Numbered from the stretch's first letter, positions 1 to 8,117 are shown. The stretch: 35,551 bases of DNA from Candidatus Cybelea sp. (GCA_036264815.1 DATAQH010000229.1:1-35551); one strand, 5' to 3'. Notes: a model not told the origin generated them from the sequence alone. Made by a program: numbers and translations.

Positions 1-455
1 ACTCCGTCTTCTTTATGGACGCCGGCGTTCGAGCCTCGGTCGATCGTCACGGCCCGCGATTCGTTCTCCGGCGGGAAACCGATGACGCGGGCCTCGATGC
101 CGTCGTAGAGCTCCACGACCGGACGAACGGCAGTCGTAGCAGCGTAGGCCGCGGCGAGTTCGTGAAGCCGCGCGTTCTCTTTGCCGAGCCGGCGATTTTC
201 GTCGCGGAGTCCGATGTTGTCGCTCTCCAAGCGCGGCAGCGAGATCGCCGTCGTGCCGATCCCGCGCGCGGTACGCGTCGTTGCAGCGATCGCGCTCTGC
301 GCGACTGCAAAAATCGAACCGCCGATGTTTGAAATCGGACTGGTCGCGCCGATGCGCTGCGCGCCGATTTGTAGCAGCGCCAGCAGAGCCGCCACGATGA
401 TGATCGCGATCAGTGCAAAGAGCTTTCGTTCGTCTCGATACGTAAAGATTCTGAT
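1..455 (-). CDS. mreC: Rod shape-determining protein MreC, N-terminal part (gene continues past the left edge)
   Basis: Absent from the ORF track (truncated, no ATG/GTG/TTG). My own minus-strand translation from ~455 reads IRIFTYRDERKLFALIAIIIVAALLALLQIG (N-terminal TM helix), then LRDENRRLGKENARLHEL (coiled coil), then VIGFPPENESRAVTIDRGSNAGVHKEDGV. This is the typical MreC layout. Start codon unresolved: ATC at 453-455 or 447-449, with GGAG 8 nt upstream of the latter. Confidence 0.8.
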   Translation of the reverse strand, partial: MRIFTYRDERKLFALIAIIIVAALLALLQIGAQRIGATSPISNIGGSIFAVAQSAIAATTRTARGIGTTAISLPRLESDNIGLRDENRRLGKENARLHELAAAYAATTAVRPVVELYDGIEARVIGFPPENESRAVTIDRGSNAGVHKEDG

Positions 456-485
456 TACTCCGCTGGTGGGCGCCGTGGGCCGACG

Positions 486-1079
486 CTATTTCGGTATAGG
501 GAGCGCAAATCCCAACCGGCGAAGCGTTCGGACGACGCGCGCCAGCGGCAGGCCCATGACGGTGTAAAAATCGCCGTCGATCGCCTCGACCAGCGACGCC
601 GCTCGCCCCTGGATCCCATAGGCGCCGGCTTTGTCGAACGGCTCGCCCGTCCCGACGTACTCGGCGATCTCCTCAGCCTCCAGGGGGTAAAAGCGGACGC
701 GCGTCGTGAGGCGCTCTTCCTCGCTGCCGTTGGCCGTCGCCAGCGCAAAGGCCGTGTGCACGGCGTGCTCGCGTCCCGAGAGCGCTTGAAGCATGCGGGT
801 CGCCTCCGCCGCGTCGCCGGGCTTTCCCAGCGCCGTCCCGTCGAGATCGACGACCGTGTCGGCCGTCAGCACCGGAACTCCGAGAGTCGTCCCGAGCCGG
901 CGGAGCACCCCGGCGAGCTTCTCACGAGCGTGGTATGAAGCGAGCTCGGCGGGCGTCAAATGCTCGAGAGGAGGCTCGTCGTAACCGCTCCGCACGACGT
1001 CGACCTCTAGCCCAAGCGAGCGCAGAAGTTCGAGCCGGCGAGGCGAGCCGCTGCCGAGAACGACGCGCTGCAGTCTCAA
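486..1079 (-). CDS. maf: Maf-like nucleoside-triphosphate pyrophosphatase (septum formation protein Maf family)
   Basis: 197-aa ORF starting with TTG. N-terminus VVLGSGSPRRLELLRSLGLEVDVV and C-terminal AYGIQG...DFYTVMGLPL are hallmark Maf motifs. Its start overlaps the stop of the upstream gene (TTGA). Confidence 0.9.
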   Translation of the reverse strand: MRLQRVVLGSGSPRRLELLRSLGLEVDVVRSGYDEPPLEHLTPAELASYHAREKLAGVLRRLGTTLGVPVLTADTVVDLDGTALGKPGDAAEATRMLQALSGREHAVHTAFALATANGSEEERLTTRVRFYPLEAEEIAEYVGTGEPFDKAGAYGIQGRAASLVEAIDGDFYTVMGLPLARVVRTLRRLGFALPIPK

Positions 1080-1501
1080 TAGTACATCGCGCCGCCGGCG
1101 GTGATGTATCCGTTCTCGTGGTGTCCGCGCGGATCGCGGTGCGTCCAGTGAATAACGCCGCCGAGCGGATAGTACTCGTACTCGCCTTTTACCGCGATGC
1201 GCTCGCCCGGCGAGAGCGCAATCGTCCCGGTGAAGTCGGTATTGGCCTCGATGCGAACGACGAGGTTACAACCTGAGTCCAGCCGCAGCAGAAAGCCTTC
1301 GTGAGGACTGCTGCGCCCGGCGCGAACGCCGAGGTTGCGCGAGACCGTTCCGCCGGCGACGACTTCGACGCCCGAACGGTGCGCCGCATACGCCGCGCAG
1401 ACCGCGGCGTCGTCCGGATTCTGCGTCGTCGAGCACGCGCCCAGCGTCCCGGCCGCGACCAGCGCCGCGACCGCCGCTCTACGACGCATCGGTGTATCCA
1501 T
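1076..1501 (-). CDS. Small lipoprotein, DUF3465-like (family name from memory)
   Basis: 141-aa ORF with signal peptide plus lipobox-like AAGTLGAC. C-terminal GEYEYYPLGGVIHWTHRDPRGHHENGYI resembles the conserved DUF3465 motif. Overlaps the nadD stop by 23 nt. Confidence 0.7.
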   Translation of the reverse strand: MDTPMRRRAAVAALVAAGTLGACSTTQNPDDAAVCAAYAAHRSGVEVVAGGTVSRNLGVRAGRSSPHEGFLLRLDSGCNLVVRIEANTDFTGTIALSPGERIAVKGEYEYYPLGGVIHWTHRDPRGHHENGYITAGGAMYY

Positions 1502-2087
1502 ACAGGCGCTGCGCGACGATATACTGCCAGACGGGTTCGGGCACCAAGTAGCGGATGCTGCGGCCTTGCGAGATCAAGGTGCGAATCAGCGTCGACGATT
1601 CCGGCGTCTCCGGCATGTTCAAAGAGCTGACGCGCTCGCGCAGCCCGCCTGGTACCGCCGAGATAACCCGCGCGAGCGCATCGGCGCGGACGCCGGCGCG
1701 CGGCGCGATGACGAAGCGCTCCAGCGCCTCCAGTACTTCGTCGAATCGCATCCACGGAGTGTTCACGAGTGAATCCGCACCGATGATGAAGGTGAGTTCC
1801 GCGCCGAACTTCGCACGCAGCTTCGGAACTAAGTCGGCGGTGTATCCCGTCGAATCGGGACGCAGATCCGTATCGTCGAGCGCAAACGCCCGGTTGCCGG
1901 CGATCGCGCCGAGAATCATCGCGCAGCGATGCGCCGCATCGGTCTGCGGCTTCTCGCGGTAGTGCGCGTTAGCGGTCGGAACGAATAGGACGCAGTCGAG
2001 GCGTTCCAAGATCCGCGCGGATTCTGCAACGAAGAGATGCGCGTTATGAATCGGGTCGAACGTTCCGCCGAAAATTCCGACTCTCAT
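1479..2087 (-). CDS. nadD: Nicotinate-nucleotide adenylyltransferase
   Basis: 202-aa ORF. N-terminal GIFGGTFDPIHNAHL is the (H/T)xGH nucleotidyltransferase motif typical of NadD. ATGA overlap with the obg stop. Confidence 0.9.
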   Translation of the reverse strand: MRVGIFGGTFDPIHNAHLFVAESARILERLDCVLFVPTANAHYREKPQTDAAHRCAMILGAIAGNRAFALDDTDLRPDSTGYTADLVPKLRAKFGAELTFIIGADSLVNTPWMRFDEVLEALERFVIAPRAGVRADALARVISAVPGGLRERVSSLNMPETPESSTLIRTLISQGRSIRYLVPEPVWQYIVAQRLYGYTDAS

Positions 2088-3349
2088 GAATAGGTGAACT
2101 CGTACGGTCCGATGCGCACGGTATCCCCTTCCCGCGCGCCGAGCTCGACCAGCCGCTTCTCCACGCCCATCTTCCCGAGCGCGCGCTCGAACCGCGCGAG
2201 CCCCTCGTCGGATTCGAAGTTCGTCATCGCCGCCAATCGTTCGACGCGCTCGCCGCTAACGACGAACGTCCCATCGTCCTGACGCTCGATCGCGAACGCT
2301 TCGGGGGATCGCAGTTCGATTCGCACGGCTTGCGGCGCGACGACCTCGGGCAGCGGCGCCGATTCGATCGTGCGCCAAACCTCGAGCACCACCTCGCGCA
2401 CGCCGTCGTGCGTCGCTGCGCTGATACCGCGAACGCCCGGAAAACGCGCCTGCAGCTCCGGAAAGCACTCGCGCGCGTTGGGCAGGTCGAGCTTGTTGAG
2501 CACGAGCAGCGCCGGCTTCTCCAGCAGTCGCGGATTCCACGCGCCCAGTTCGCGTTCGATCGTTTCCTTATCGGCGAGAATTTCGTCGAGCGGCTTCGAT
2601 CCGTCGAGCAAGTGGAGTAAGACACGCGTTCGCTCGACGTGCCGCAGGAAGAGATCGCCCAGGCCGGCGCCTTCGTGCGCGCCCTCGATCAGCCCCGGCA
2701 CGTCGACCATCACATACGACTCCTCGTCGGAGACGCGCACGACGCCGAGCTGGGGTTCGAGCGTGGTGAAGGGATAGTCGGCGATCTTCGGTCGAGCCGA
2801 CGACACGACCGAGAGCAGGGTGGATTTCCCCGCGTTGGGGACACCGATGATCCCGCAGTCGGCGAGGAGCTTGAGTTCCAAACGCAGGTGTGCGCGCTCG
2901 CCGGGTTCTCCGCGCTCGGCAAAACGCGGCGCCTGCCGAACGCTCGTCGCAAAATGCTGATTGCCCAGGCCGCCGCGGCCGCCCTTCGCGACTAAAAGCC
3001 GGGCACCGGCCTGTGCAAGATCGGCGACGACGGATTCGGGTGAGTCCCCGGCGCGCCCAAAGACGAGCGTCCCAATGGGGACGGCGATCGTCAAATCCGC
3101 GCCGCTTTTTCCAGATTTCTTCGAGGTGCCGCCCGCTTTGCCGGATTCAGCCGAAAAGCTGCGACGAAAGCGGAACTCGACGAGCGTCGACAGTTCTGCG
3201 CTCGCTTCGAGGTAGATGCTTCCGCCGTGGCCCCCGTCACCGCCGGCCGGCCCACCCTTCGGCACGTACTTCTCGCGGCGCCAGGCGACGATGCCGTCAC
3301 CGCCGTCGCCGGCGGCGACGTCGATCTCGGCTTCGTCGATAAACTGCAC
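2084..3349 (-). CDS. obg: GTPase Obg/CgtA
   Basis: 421-aa ORF. Glycine-rich Obg fold (MQFIDEAEIDVAAGDGGDGIVAWRREKYVPKGGPAGGDGGHGGSIYL), G-domain motifs GVPNAGKST and DVPGLIEGA, NKLD, and a C-terminal OCT-like domain. Confidence 0.95.
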   Translation of the reverse strand: MQFIDEAEIDVAAGDGGDGIVAWRREKYVPKGGPAGGDGGHGGSIYLEASAELSTLVEFRFRRSFSAESGKAGGTSKKSGKSGADLTIAVPIGTLVFGRAGDSPESVVADLAQAGARLLVAKGGRGGLGNQHFATSVRQAPRFAERGEPGERAHLRLELKLLADCGIIGVPNAGKSTLLSVVSSARPKIADYPFTTLEPQLGVVRVSDEESYVMVDVPGLIEGAHEGAGLGDLFLRHVERTRVLLHLLDGSKPLDEILADKETIERELGAWNPRLLEKPALLVLNKLDLPNARECFPELQARFPGVRGISAATHDGVREVVLEVWRTIESAPLPEVVAPQAVRIELRSPEAFAIERQDDGTFVVSGERVERLAAMTNFESDEGLARFERALGKMGVEKRLVELGAREGDTVRIGPYEFTYS

Positions 3350-3370
3350 GCTTGTTACTTCGCCGGATAA

Positions 3371-3392
3371 CGAAAAGGGGCCTAACGGCCCC
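3371..3392 (-). terminator. Candidate intrinsic terminator/attenuator between rpmA and obg
   Basis: On the minus strand, GGGGCC-GTTA-GGCCCC followed by TTTTCGTT. It lies about 24 nt after the rpmA TAA stop and about 20 nt before the obg start. Confidence 0.5.
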
Positions 3393-3415
3393 AGTCGCAG
3401 ATGGCCCGCAGCGCC

Positions 3416-3694
3416 TTAGGCGGCAGGGACTACCGAAATCTGCTGGCGATCGCGGCTCACGCTGAAATGCACGACCCCCTCGACGAGCGCAAAAAGCGTG
3501 TGGTCGCGTCCCATCCCGACGTTGGTGCCGGGGTAGAAGCGGGTGCCGCGCTGGCGAACAAGGATGTTGCCCGCGATAACGCGCTCGCCACCGAAGCGCT
3601 TGACCCCCAGGCGCTGAGCGTTGGAATCCCGCCCGTTGCGGGTCGAGCCGGCGCCCTTCTTGGACGCGAACAGCTGCAGATCGAAATCGAACAT
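3416..3694 (-). CDS. rpmA: 50S ribosomal protein L27 with a 9-residue N-terminal pro-peptide
   Basis: Translation [37 protein letters not shown]...[15 protein letters not shown] is unmistakably L27. The pre-ASKKG extension has the same length and pattern as the Prp-cleaved extension of Firmicutes L27. I prefer ATG at 3694 over the ORF-track TTG at 3724. Confidence 0.9.
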   Translation of the reverse strand: MFDFDLQLFASKKGAGSTRNGRDSNAQRLGVKRFGGERVIAGNILVRQRGTRFYPGTNVGMGRDHTLFALVEGVVHFSVSRDRQQISVVPAA

Positions 3695-3703
3695 AGCCGG
3701 GCT

Positions 3704-3731
3704 ATTGTAGCAGAGGCCGCCCAAAAGGCAA
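3704..3731 (-). promoter_or_regulatory. Candidate sigma-70-type promoter for rpmA (TTGCCT-N16-TACAAT)
   Basis: Minus-strand -35 TTGCCT (3726-3731) and -10 TACAAT (3704-3709) with a 16-nt spacer. The -10 box ends only 9 nt before the rpmA ATG and no Shine-Dalgarno lies in between. This implies a near-leaderless mRNA. Confidence 0.35.
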
Positions 3732-3752
3732 TGACCTTCGCCCGGGTCTCGC

Positions 3753-3857
3753 CTAGGTGCGGTTCTTTGCCGTCCAGACGATGGCGGTAACGACGACGGC
3801 GAGGACGGTGCCGCATATCATCGCGGTGGCCGTTACGGTCGCAACGGGCAGGGTCAT
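3753..3857 (-). CDS. Hypothetical 34-aa hydrophobic micro-protein (speculative)
   Basis: Not in the ORF track (too short). ATG preceded by AAGGGAG with a 6-nt spacer. Translation is [34 protein letters not shown], one TM helix with a basic C-terminal tail. Third codon positions are G/C rich. Confidence 0.25.
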   Translation of the reverse strand: MTLPVATVTATAMICGTVLAVVVTAIVWTAKNRT

Positions 3858-4028
3858 ACGGGGCTCCCTTCGAGCCTGCCCTTAATACTGGCGTGGGGTC
3901 TGCCGGGTTTCGGGCCGGAACGCCTGCTCCCACCGCTTTAAACGGGCTTAACCGTCGCTCCGAAGGAATTCAACCAAGCGCGTGCATTCCCGCCCTTCGG
4001 AGCCTCCTCCCGGGGGGATGGCGGCTCC

Positions 4029-4060
4029 GCTTTCCACACCTGTGGACAAGGTTGTGGAGA
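4029..4060. promoter_or_regulatory. Cluster of three DnaA-box-like 9-mers (oriC / dnaA promoter region)
   Basis: Measured against TTATCCACA/TGTGGATAA: CTTTCCACA (4029-4037, 2 mismatches), TGTGGACAA (4040-4048, 1 mismatch), TGTGGAGAA (4052-4060, 1 mismatch). They are packed into 32 nt upstream of dnaA. Confidence 0.55.
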
Positions 4061-4188
4061 ATGCGCCGTTTCGAGCCGAAAGCATTAGGCCGGAAGCCTT
4101 ATGCCGCCGGATAATTCCGGCAGCCCGCGGACCCGGAAACGGGCGGTACATAATTCGGAAAAAACCTCGAAATAGCGTTGCTGGCGGC

Positions 4189-4205
4189 CTGTGTATAAGT
4201 GGATA
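4189..4205. promoter_or_regulatory. Two adjacent DnaA-box-like 9-mers next to an AT-richer stretch
   Basis: TGTGTATAA (4189-4197) and AGTGGATAA (4197-4205), each one mismatch from TGTGGATAA. The locally AT-rich cataattcggaaaaaacctcgaaatagc (about 4148-4175) lies just upstream. Confidence 0.55.
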
Positions 4206-4301
4206 AGGTCGTGCATATTTTCCGCAGGAAGGCGGCTTCATTAAGCCAAGGCAATGCGCCCTCACGGGGGTGGTGCAGTACGACGAAAGAGGACGCAGAG
4301 G

Positions 4302-5651
4302 ATGGCGCTTGCGATCAACTCGGACATCTCCAACGAGCTTTGGCAGGCCGCGCTCGACACGTTGGAACGGACCTTCTCGAAACCTGTTTTCGAGATGTGG
4401 ATCAAACCTATCCGGTTCATTTCATTCCACGGTAACGAACTGCACCTCGCGGTGCACAGCAAGTTCGCTCAGGACTGGGTTGGAAGCAAGCTTCGTCCCC
4501 AGATGATCGGCGTCTTGAGCGAACTCTTCGGGACGAGCGTCGAGTTGCGGCTTTCGGTCGCAGATCCGGTGGAAGCGGCTCGCCCGGCGCCTGTAGCGGG
4601 AACTGGTCCTCTTGAAGAGTTCCGCACCGCCAACCTTAATGCACGTTATACTTTCGAAGAGTTCGTCGTCGGCAATTCCAACCGCTTCGCGCACGCCGCA
4701 GCACAAGCCGTTGCCGGCGCGCCGGCGCACGCCTATAACCCGCTCTTCCTGTACGGCGGTGTCGGCCTGGGCAAGACGCATTTGATGCACGCCATCGGCC
4801 ACCGCGTCATTCAAGACAATCTGGCGGCCAACGTCGTCTACCTCACGTGCGAGAAGTTCACCAACGAATTCATCATCGCGCTGCAGAACAACCGCACCCC
4901 GGAGTTTCGCAACCGTTACCGTCAGGTCGACGTGCTGCTGATCGACGACATTCAATTTCTCGCCGGCAAAGAAACGACCCAAGAAGAGTTCTTTCACACG
5001 TTTAATGCTCTGCACGAGTCCGGCCGTCAGTTGATCATCTCCTCGGACCGGCCGCCGAAAGAGATCCAAACCCTCGAAGCGCGGCTGCGCTCGCGATTCG
5101 AATGGGGATTGCTGACCGACATTCAGGCCCCCGATCTCGAGACTCGCGAGGCGATTCTGCGCAAGAAGGCCGGCAGCGAGAACATCCCGGTACCCGACGA
5201 GGTCACCTCGTTTATTGCCAAAGTGATCCCTTCGAATATTCGCGAACTCGAGGGCGCCCTGATTCGCGTTATCGCCTACGCCTCGCTAACCAAAGCGCCG
5301 ATCACGACCGATCTCGCCGCCGACGTCCTCAAGAGCGCCGTCGCTGCGGCCCCGTTGCACCGTATCACGATCGGCAAGATCAAAGAGACGGTGGCGAGCG
5401 CGCACGGACTGACGGTCAAAGAGATGGACAACGGCCGGCGGGACCAGCGGCTTGCCGCGCCGCGCCAGATCGCGATGTACATCGCCACCGAGCTGACCAA
5501 CTACTCTCTGCCGCAGATCGCCCGCGAGTTCGGTAAGAAGGATCACACCACGGTTATGTACGCTCGCGACAAGATCAAAGACCAAATGCAGCGAGATGAA
5601 GCCTACCGAAATAAAATCCGGCAGCTCATCGCGATGTGCCAGAACCCTTGA
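4302..5651 (+). CDS. dnaA: Chromosomal replication initiator protein DnaA
   Basis: ORF 4254-5651. Conserved N-terminus starts at MALAINSDISNELWQAALDTLE (ATG 4302, AAGAGGA upstream). AAA+ Walker A GGVGLGKTHLMHAIG, LLIDDIQFL, and the C-terminal DNA-binding helix KDHTTVMYARDKI. Confidence 0.95.
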   Translation: MALAINSDISNELWQAALDTLERTFSKPVFEMWIKPIRFISFHGNELHLAVHSKFAQDWVGSKLRPQMIGVLSELFGTSVELRLSVADPVEAARPAPVAGTGPLEEFRTANLNARYTFEEFVVGNSNRFAHAAAQAVAGAPAHAYNPLFLYGGVGLGKTHLMHAIGHRVIQDNLAANVVYLTCEKFTNEFIIALQNNRTPEFRNRYRQVDVLLIDDIQFLAGKETTQEEFFHTFNALHESGRQLIISSDRPPKEIQTLEARLRSRFEWGLLTDIQAPDLETREAILRKKAGSENIPVPDEVTSFIAKVIPSNIRELEGALIRVIAYASLTKAPITTDLAADVLKSAVAAAPLHRITIGKIKETVASAHGLTVKEMDNGRRDQRLAAPRQIAMYIATELTNYSLPQIAREFGKKDHTTVMYARDKIKDQMQRDEAYRNKIRQLIAMCQNP

Positions 5652-5663
5652 GCTCGGCCACAA

Positions 5664-5864
5664 CCTTCCACACAGGGCGGCCGTGCGGAGGGGATAAGCG
5701 GCTCCGAGCCGGCACGCGGTGGAAAAGTGGATAGCCGGCCCGATCCGTCCACACCTTTATCCCACGCGAAAAAGCCAAGCCCCATCGAACAAATACCGAG
5801 TTGTCCTCAGAATGCACCGCTCTACTACTGCTGCGGCTTCCTGTTATACTTTACTAGGAAAACC
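5664..5864. promoter_or_regulatory. Weaker DnaA-box-like motifs plus an AT-rich tract in the dnaA-dnaN spacer
   Basis: AGGGGATAA (5689-5697) and AGTGGATAG (5726-5734) have 2 mismatches each. CCTTCCACA (5664-5672) and CCGTCCACA (5745-5753) share only the TCCACA core. TTATCCCAC lies at 5757-5765. AT-rich ctgttatactttactaggaaaa lies at about 5842-5864. Confidence 0.35.
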
Positions 5865-5890
5865 TCGGCCCACGACCAACGGTGGAAGCA

Positions 5891-7006
5891 ATGAGATTCG
5901 CCTGTACTTCCAAAGACATCGCGGCAGCCGTCGGAGCCGCCAGCAAAGTCGTCAATGCGCACACGACGGTCCCCATTCTGTCGAACGTCTTACTGCAAGC
6001 CGATGGCGACAAGATCGCGGTGCGGGCGACGGATCTCGAACTGACCCTCGAGCACGCCTTCCCGGCGCAGGTCAGCGAAGGCGGCGCGGTCACCATCCCG
6101 GCGAAGCTCTTTGCGAGCTACCTCGGCAACCTGGCCGCAGGAACGCTGGAGGTGACGGGAACGCCCACTCGAGCGAGCGTGAAGTGCGATCGGAGCAACT
6201 ACGATTTCCACGCGTTGCCGCCCGAAGAGTATCCGCCGCTGCCGGCCGCTGCCCGCGGTTCACACTTCACGATCGCCGGCAAACGCCTGCGCGACGGGAT
6301 CGACGCGACGATCTTTGCCGCCTCGGGTGAAGAGGCTCGCGGCGCGGTGCTGATGGGCACCCTTCTCGAGGTGGAGGGAAGTGCCCTTACGATGGTCGCG
6401 ACCGACGGCTACCGCCTCGCGAAGTTCGCGACGACCCTCGACGAGGGGATGAGCGGTCCCGAAAAGTTCATCGTTCCCTCTCGAGCGCTCGCGGAAGTTG
6501 CGCGCAATCTCGGCGGCGGTGAGGAGGTCGCGGTTAACGCGCTCGGCGCCCAGAGCAACCAACTGCAGATGAGCAGCGGTGACGTCTCGATCACGGTTCG
6601 GCTGGTCGACGGCCAGTACCCGAACTACCAGCAGGTCATCCCGGCGAAGTTCGACCGCACGGTAACCGCGGGTACCGCGGCGCTCATCGGAAGCCTGCGC
6701 CGGGCGGAGCTGGTCGCCGGCGATCGAGCCAGCATGGTGAAACTTTCGATCGCCAATCAAACGCTGATCGTGACCGCCAGCTCCGACGTCTCGGGCAACG
6801 CGTACGAAGAGGTGGAGGTCGAGCAGACCGGCGAGGATCTCGCAATCGCGTTCAACGCGCGTTATCTGGTCGAGATTCTCAACCACATCAAGAGCGAGAA
6901 GGTCGTGATGGAGTTTCTTGGCCCGCTCTCTCCGGCCGCGATCCGGCCGCTCGAACCGCTCGAGAGCGGGCAGCAGCTCTACGTGCTGATGCCGCTGCGG
7001 CAATGA
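5891..7006 (+). CDS. dnaN: DNA polymerase III beta sliding clamp
   Basis: ORF 5882-7006. MRFACTSKDIAAAVGAASKVV...ATDLELT...ATDGYRLA...PLRQ are typical DnaN features. ATG 5891 preferred over GTG 5882. Confidence 0.95.
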   Translation: MRFACTSKDIAAAVGAASKVVNAHTTVPILSNVLLQADGDKIAVRATDLELTLEHAFPAQVSEGGAVTIPAKLFASYLGNLAAGTLEVTGTPTRASVKCDRSNYDFHALPPEEYPPLPAAARGSHFTIAGKRLRDGIDATIFAASGEEARGAVLMGTLLEVEGSALTMVATDGYRLAKFATTLDEGMSGPEKFIVPSRALAEVARNLGGGEEVAVNALGAQSNQLQMSSGDVSITVRLVDGQYPNYQQVIPAKFDRTVTAGTAALIGSLRRAELVAGDRASMVKLSIANQTLIVTASSDVSGNAYEEVEVEQTGEDLAIAFNARYLVEILNHIKSEKVVMEFLGPLSPAAIRPLEPLESGQQLYVLMPLRQ

Positions 7007-7007
7007 T

Positions 7008-8117
7008 GTGCTCCTGCAGCACTTGACGCTATCAAACTTTCGCAACTACGCGCAACTCGATCTCGAACCCGCCGGCGGATTGAACGTTTATGTCGGAGCC
7101 AACGCGCAGGGGAAGAGCAACCTGCTCGAAGGCATCGCCATGCTCGGCACGGGCAAGTCGTTTCGCACCTCGCACGAAGGCGACGCCGTGCGGAGCGGCA
7201 GTGAAACGGCGGTCGTACGCGGAGAGGCTCTGCTGCGCGCGGGACGGGTCGACCTCGTCTGCACGATCGTGAGAAGCGCGCGAGGTACGAGAAAGAGCTA
7301 CACGGTCAACGGCAGCGGCGTTCGGTATGCGGGTTATTTGGGGCGAATTCGCGTCGTTACGTTCGTGCCGGCAGACCTGCAGCTGGCAGCGGGAACGCCG
7401 GGCGTACGCCGGGCGTTCCTCAACGTCGCGCTTTCGCAAAGCGAGGCGCGTTACTACCACGAGTTGGCGCGGTACCGCAACGCAGTGCAGCAGAAAAATG
7501 CGCTCCTGCGCGGCACGGTCGCGCCCGATGCCGCACTGCTCGCGGTCTACGAGCGCACGCTGATCGATGCGGGAACGGAGATTATGCTGGCCCGAGAAGG
7601 CCTGATCGCCGCACTCGCCCGCACGGCGGCCCGGGCGCACGCACGTTTTGCCGGTAGCGAACGTCTCGACGTAACCTACGAGCCCAACGTCGCCTTCGAG
7701 CGGTCCTCGCGCGAAGCGATTGCGGCGGCGTTCGAACTGCGTCTCGAAGAGACGCGTGAGTCCGAGCGCACGCGTAAGACGTCGTTGACCGGCCCGCACC
7801 GCGACGATATGGGGCTTTCGCTCGACGGCGCGTCGCTGGCCGCCTATGGTTCGCAGGGCCAGCAGCGTACCGCGGTGCTCGCCCTCAAGATTGCGGAGTA
7901 TTCGGTGATGCGCGAACGCTCGGACGAGGCACCGCTCTTGTTGCTCGACGACGTGCTCTCCGAGCTGGACGAAGATCGCGCGGCGGCGCTGCTCGCGGAG
8001 ATCGGTGAGTACGACCAGGCCTTCGTGACGGCGACCCACTTGCCGGCCGGCCTGCACGCCGGTGCGTGCGTCGCGCGGGTGCACGAGGCTCGCATCGAGG
8101 CGTACGCGGCGTGCTGA
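7008..8117 (+). CDS. recF: DNA replication and repair protein RecF
   Basis: 369-aa ORF with GTG start 2 nt after the dnaN stop. LTLSNFRNYAQLDLEPAGGLNVYVGANAQGKSNLLEGI (Walker A), SQGQQRT signature, and LLLDDVLSELD (Walker B). Confidence 0.95.
   Translation: MLLQHLTLSNFRNYAQLDLEPAGGLNVYVGANAQGKSNLLEGIAMLGTGKSFRTSHEGDAVRSGSETAVVRGEALLRAGRVDLVCTIVRSARGTRKSYTVNGSGVRYAGYLGRIRVVTFVPADLQLAAGTPGVRRAFLNVALSQSEARYYHELARYRNAVQQKNALLRGTVAPDAALLAVYERTLIDAGTEIMLAREGLIAALARTAARAHARFAGSERLDVTYEPNVAFERSSREAIAAAFELRLEETRESERTRKTSLTGPHRDDMGLSLDGASLAAYGSQGQQRTAVLALKIAEYSVMRERSDEAPLLLLDDVLSELDEDRAAALLAEIGEYDQAFVTATHLPAGLHAGACVARVHEARIEAYAAC

Noticed and set aside
3457-3933. 158-aa minus-strand ORF spanning rpmA and the origin spacer.
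   Set aside because: It is out of frame with the clearly homologous L27 frame and is an Arg-rich, low-complexity translation.
3957-4027. Perfect 10-bp inverted repeat GCTCCGAAGG (3957-3966) / CCTTCGGAGC (3994-4003) plus an alternative GGAGCC/GGCTCC pairing (3999-4004 / 4022-4027) in the origin spacer. Considered as an ncRNA or regulatory hairpin.
   Set aside because: By my rough estimate, about one such 10-bp stem with a <30-nt loop is expected by chance in a 35-kb window. I see no flanking promoter or terminator, and I cannot judge covariation from a single sequence.
4254-4301. dnaA start at 4254 (MRPHGGGAVRRKRTQR...).
   Set aside because: The conserved DnaA domain I begins at MALAINS (4302), which has its own purine-rich RBS. 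The 16 extra residues look like an untranslated leader. I am not fully certain.
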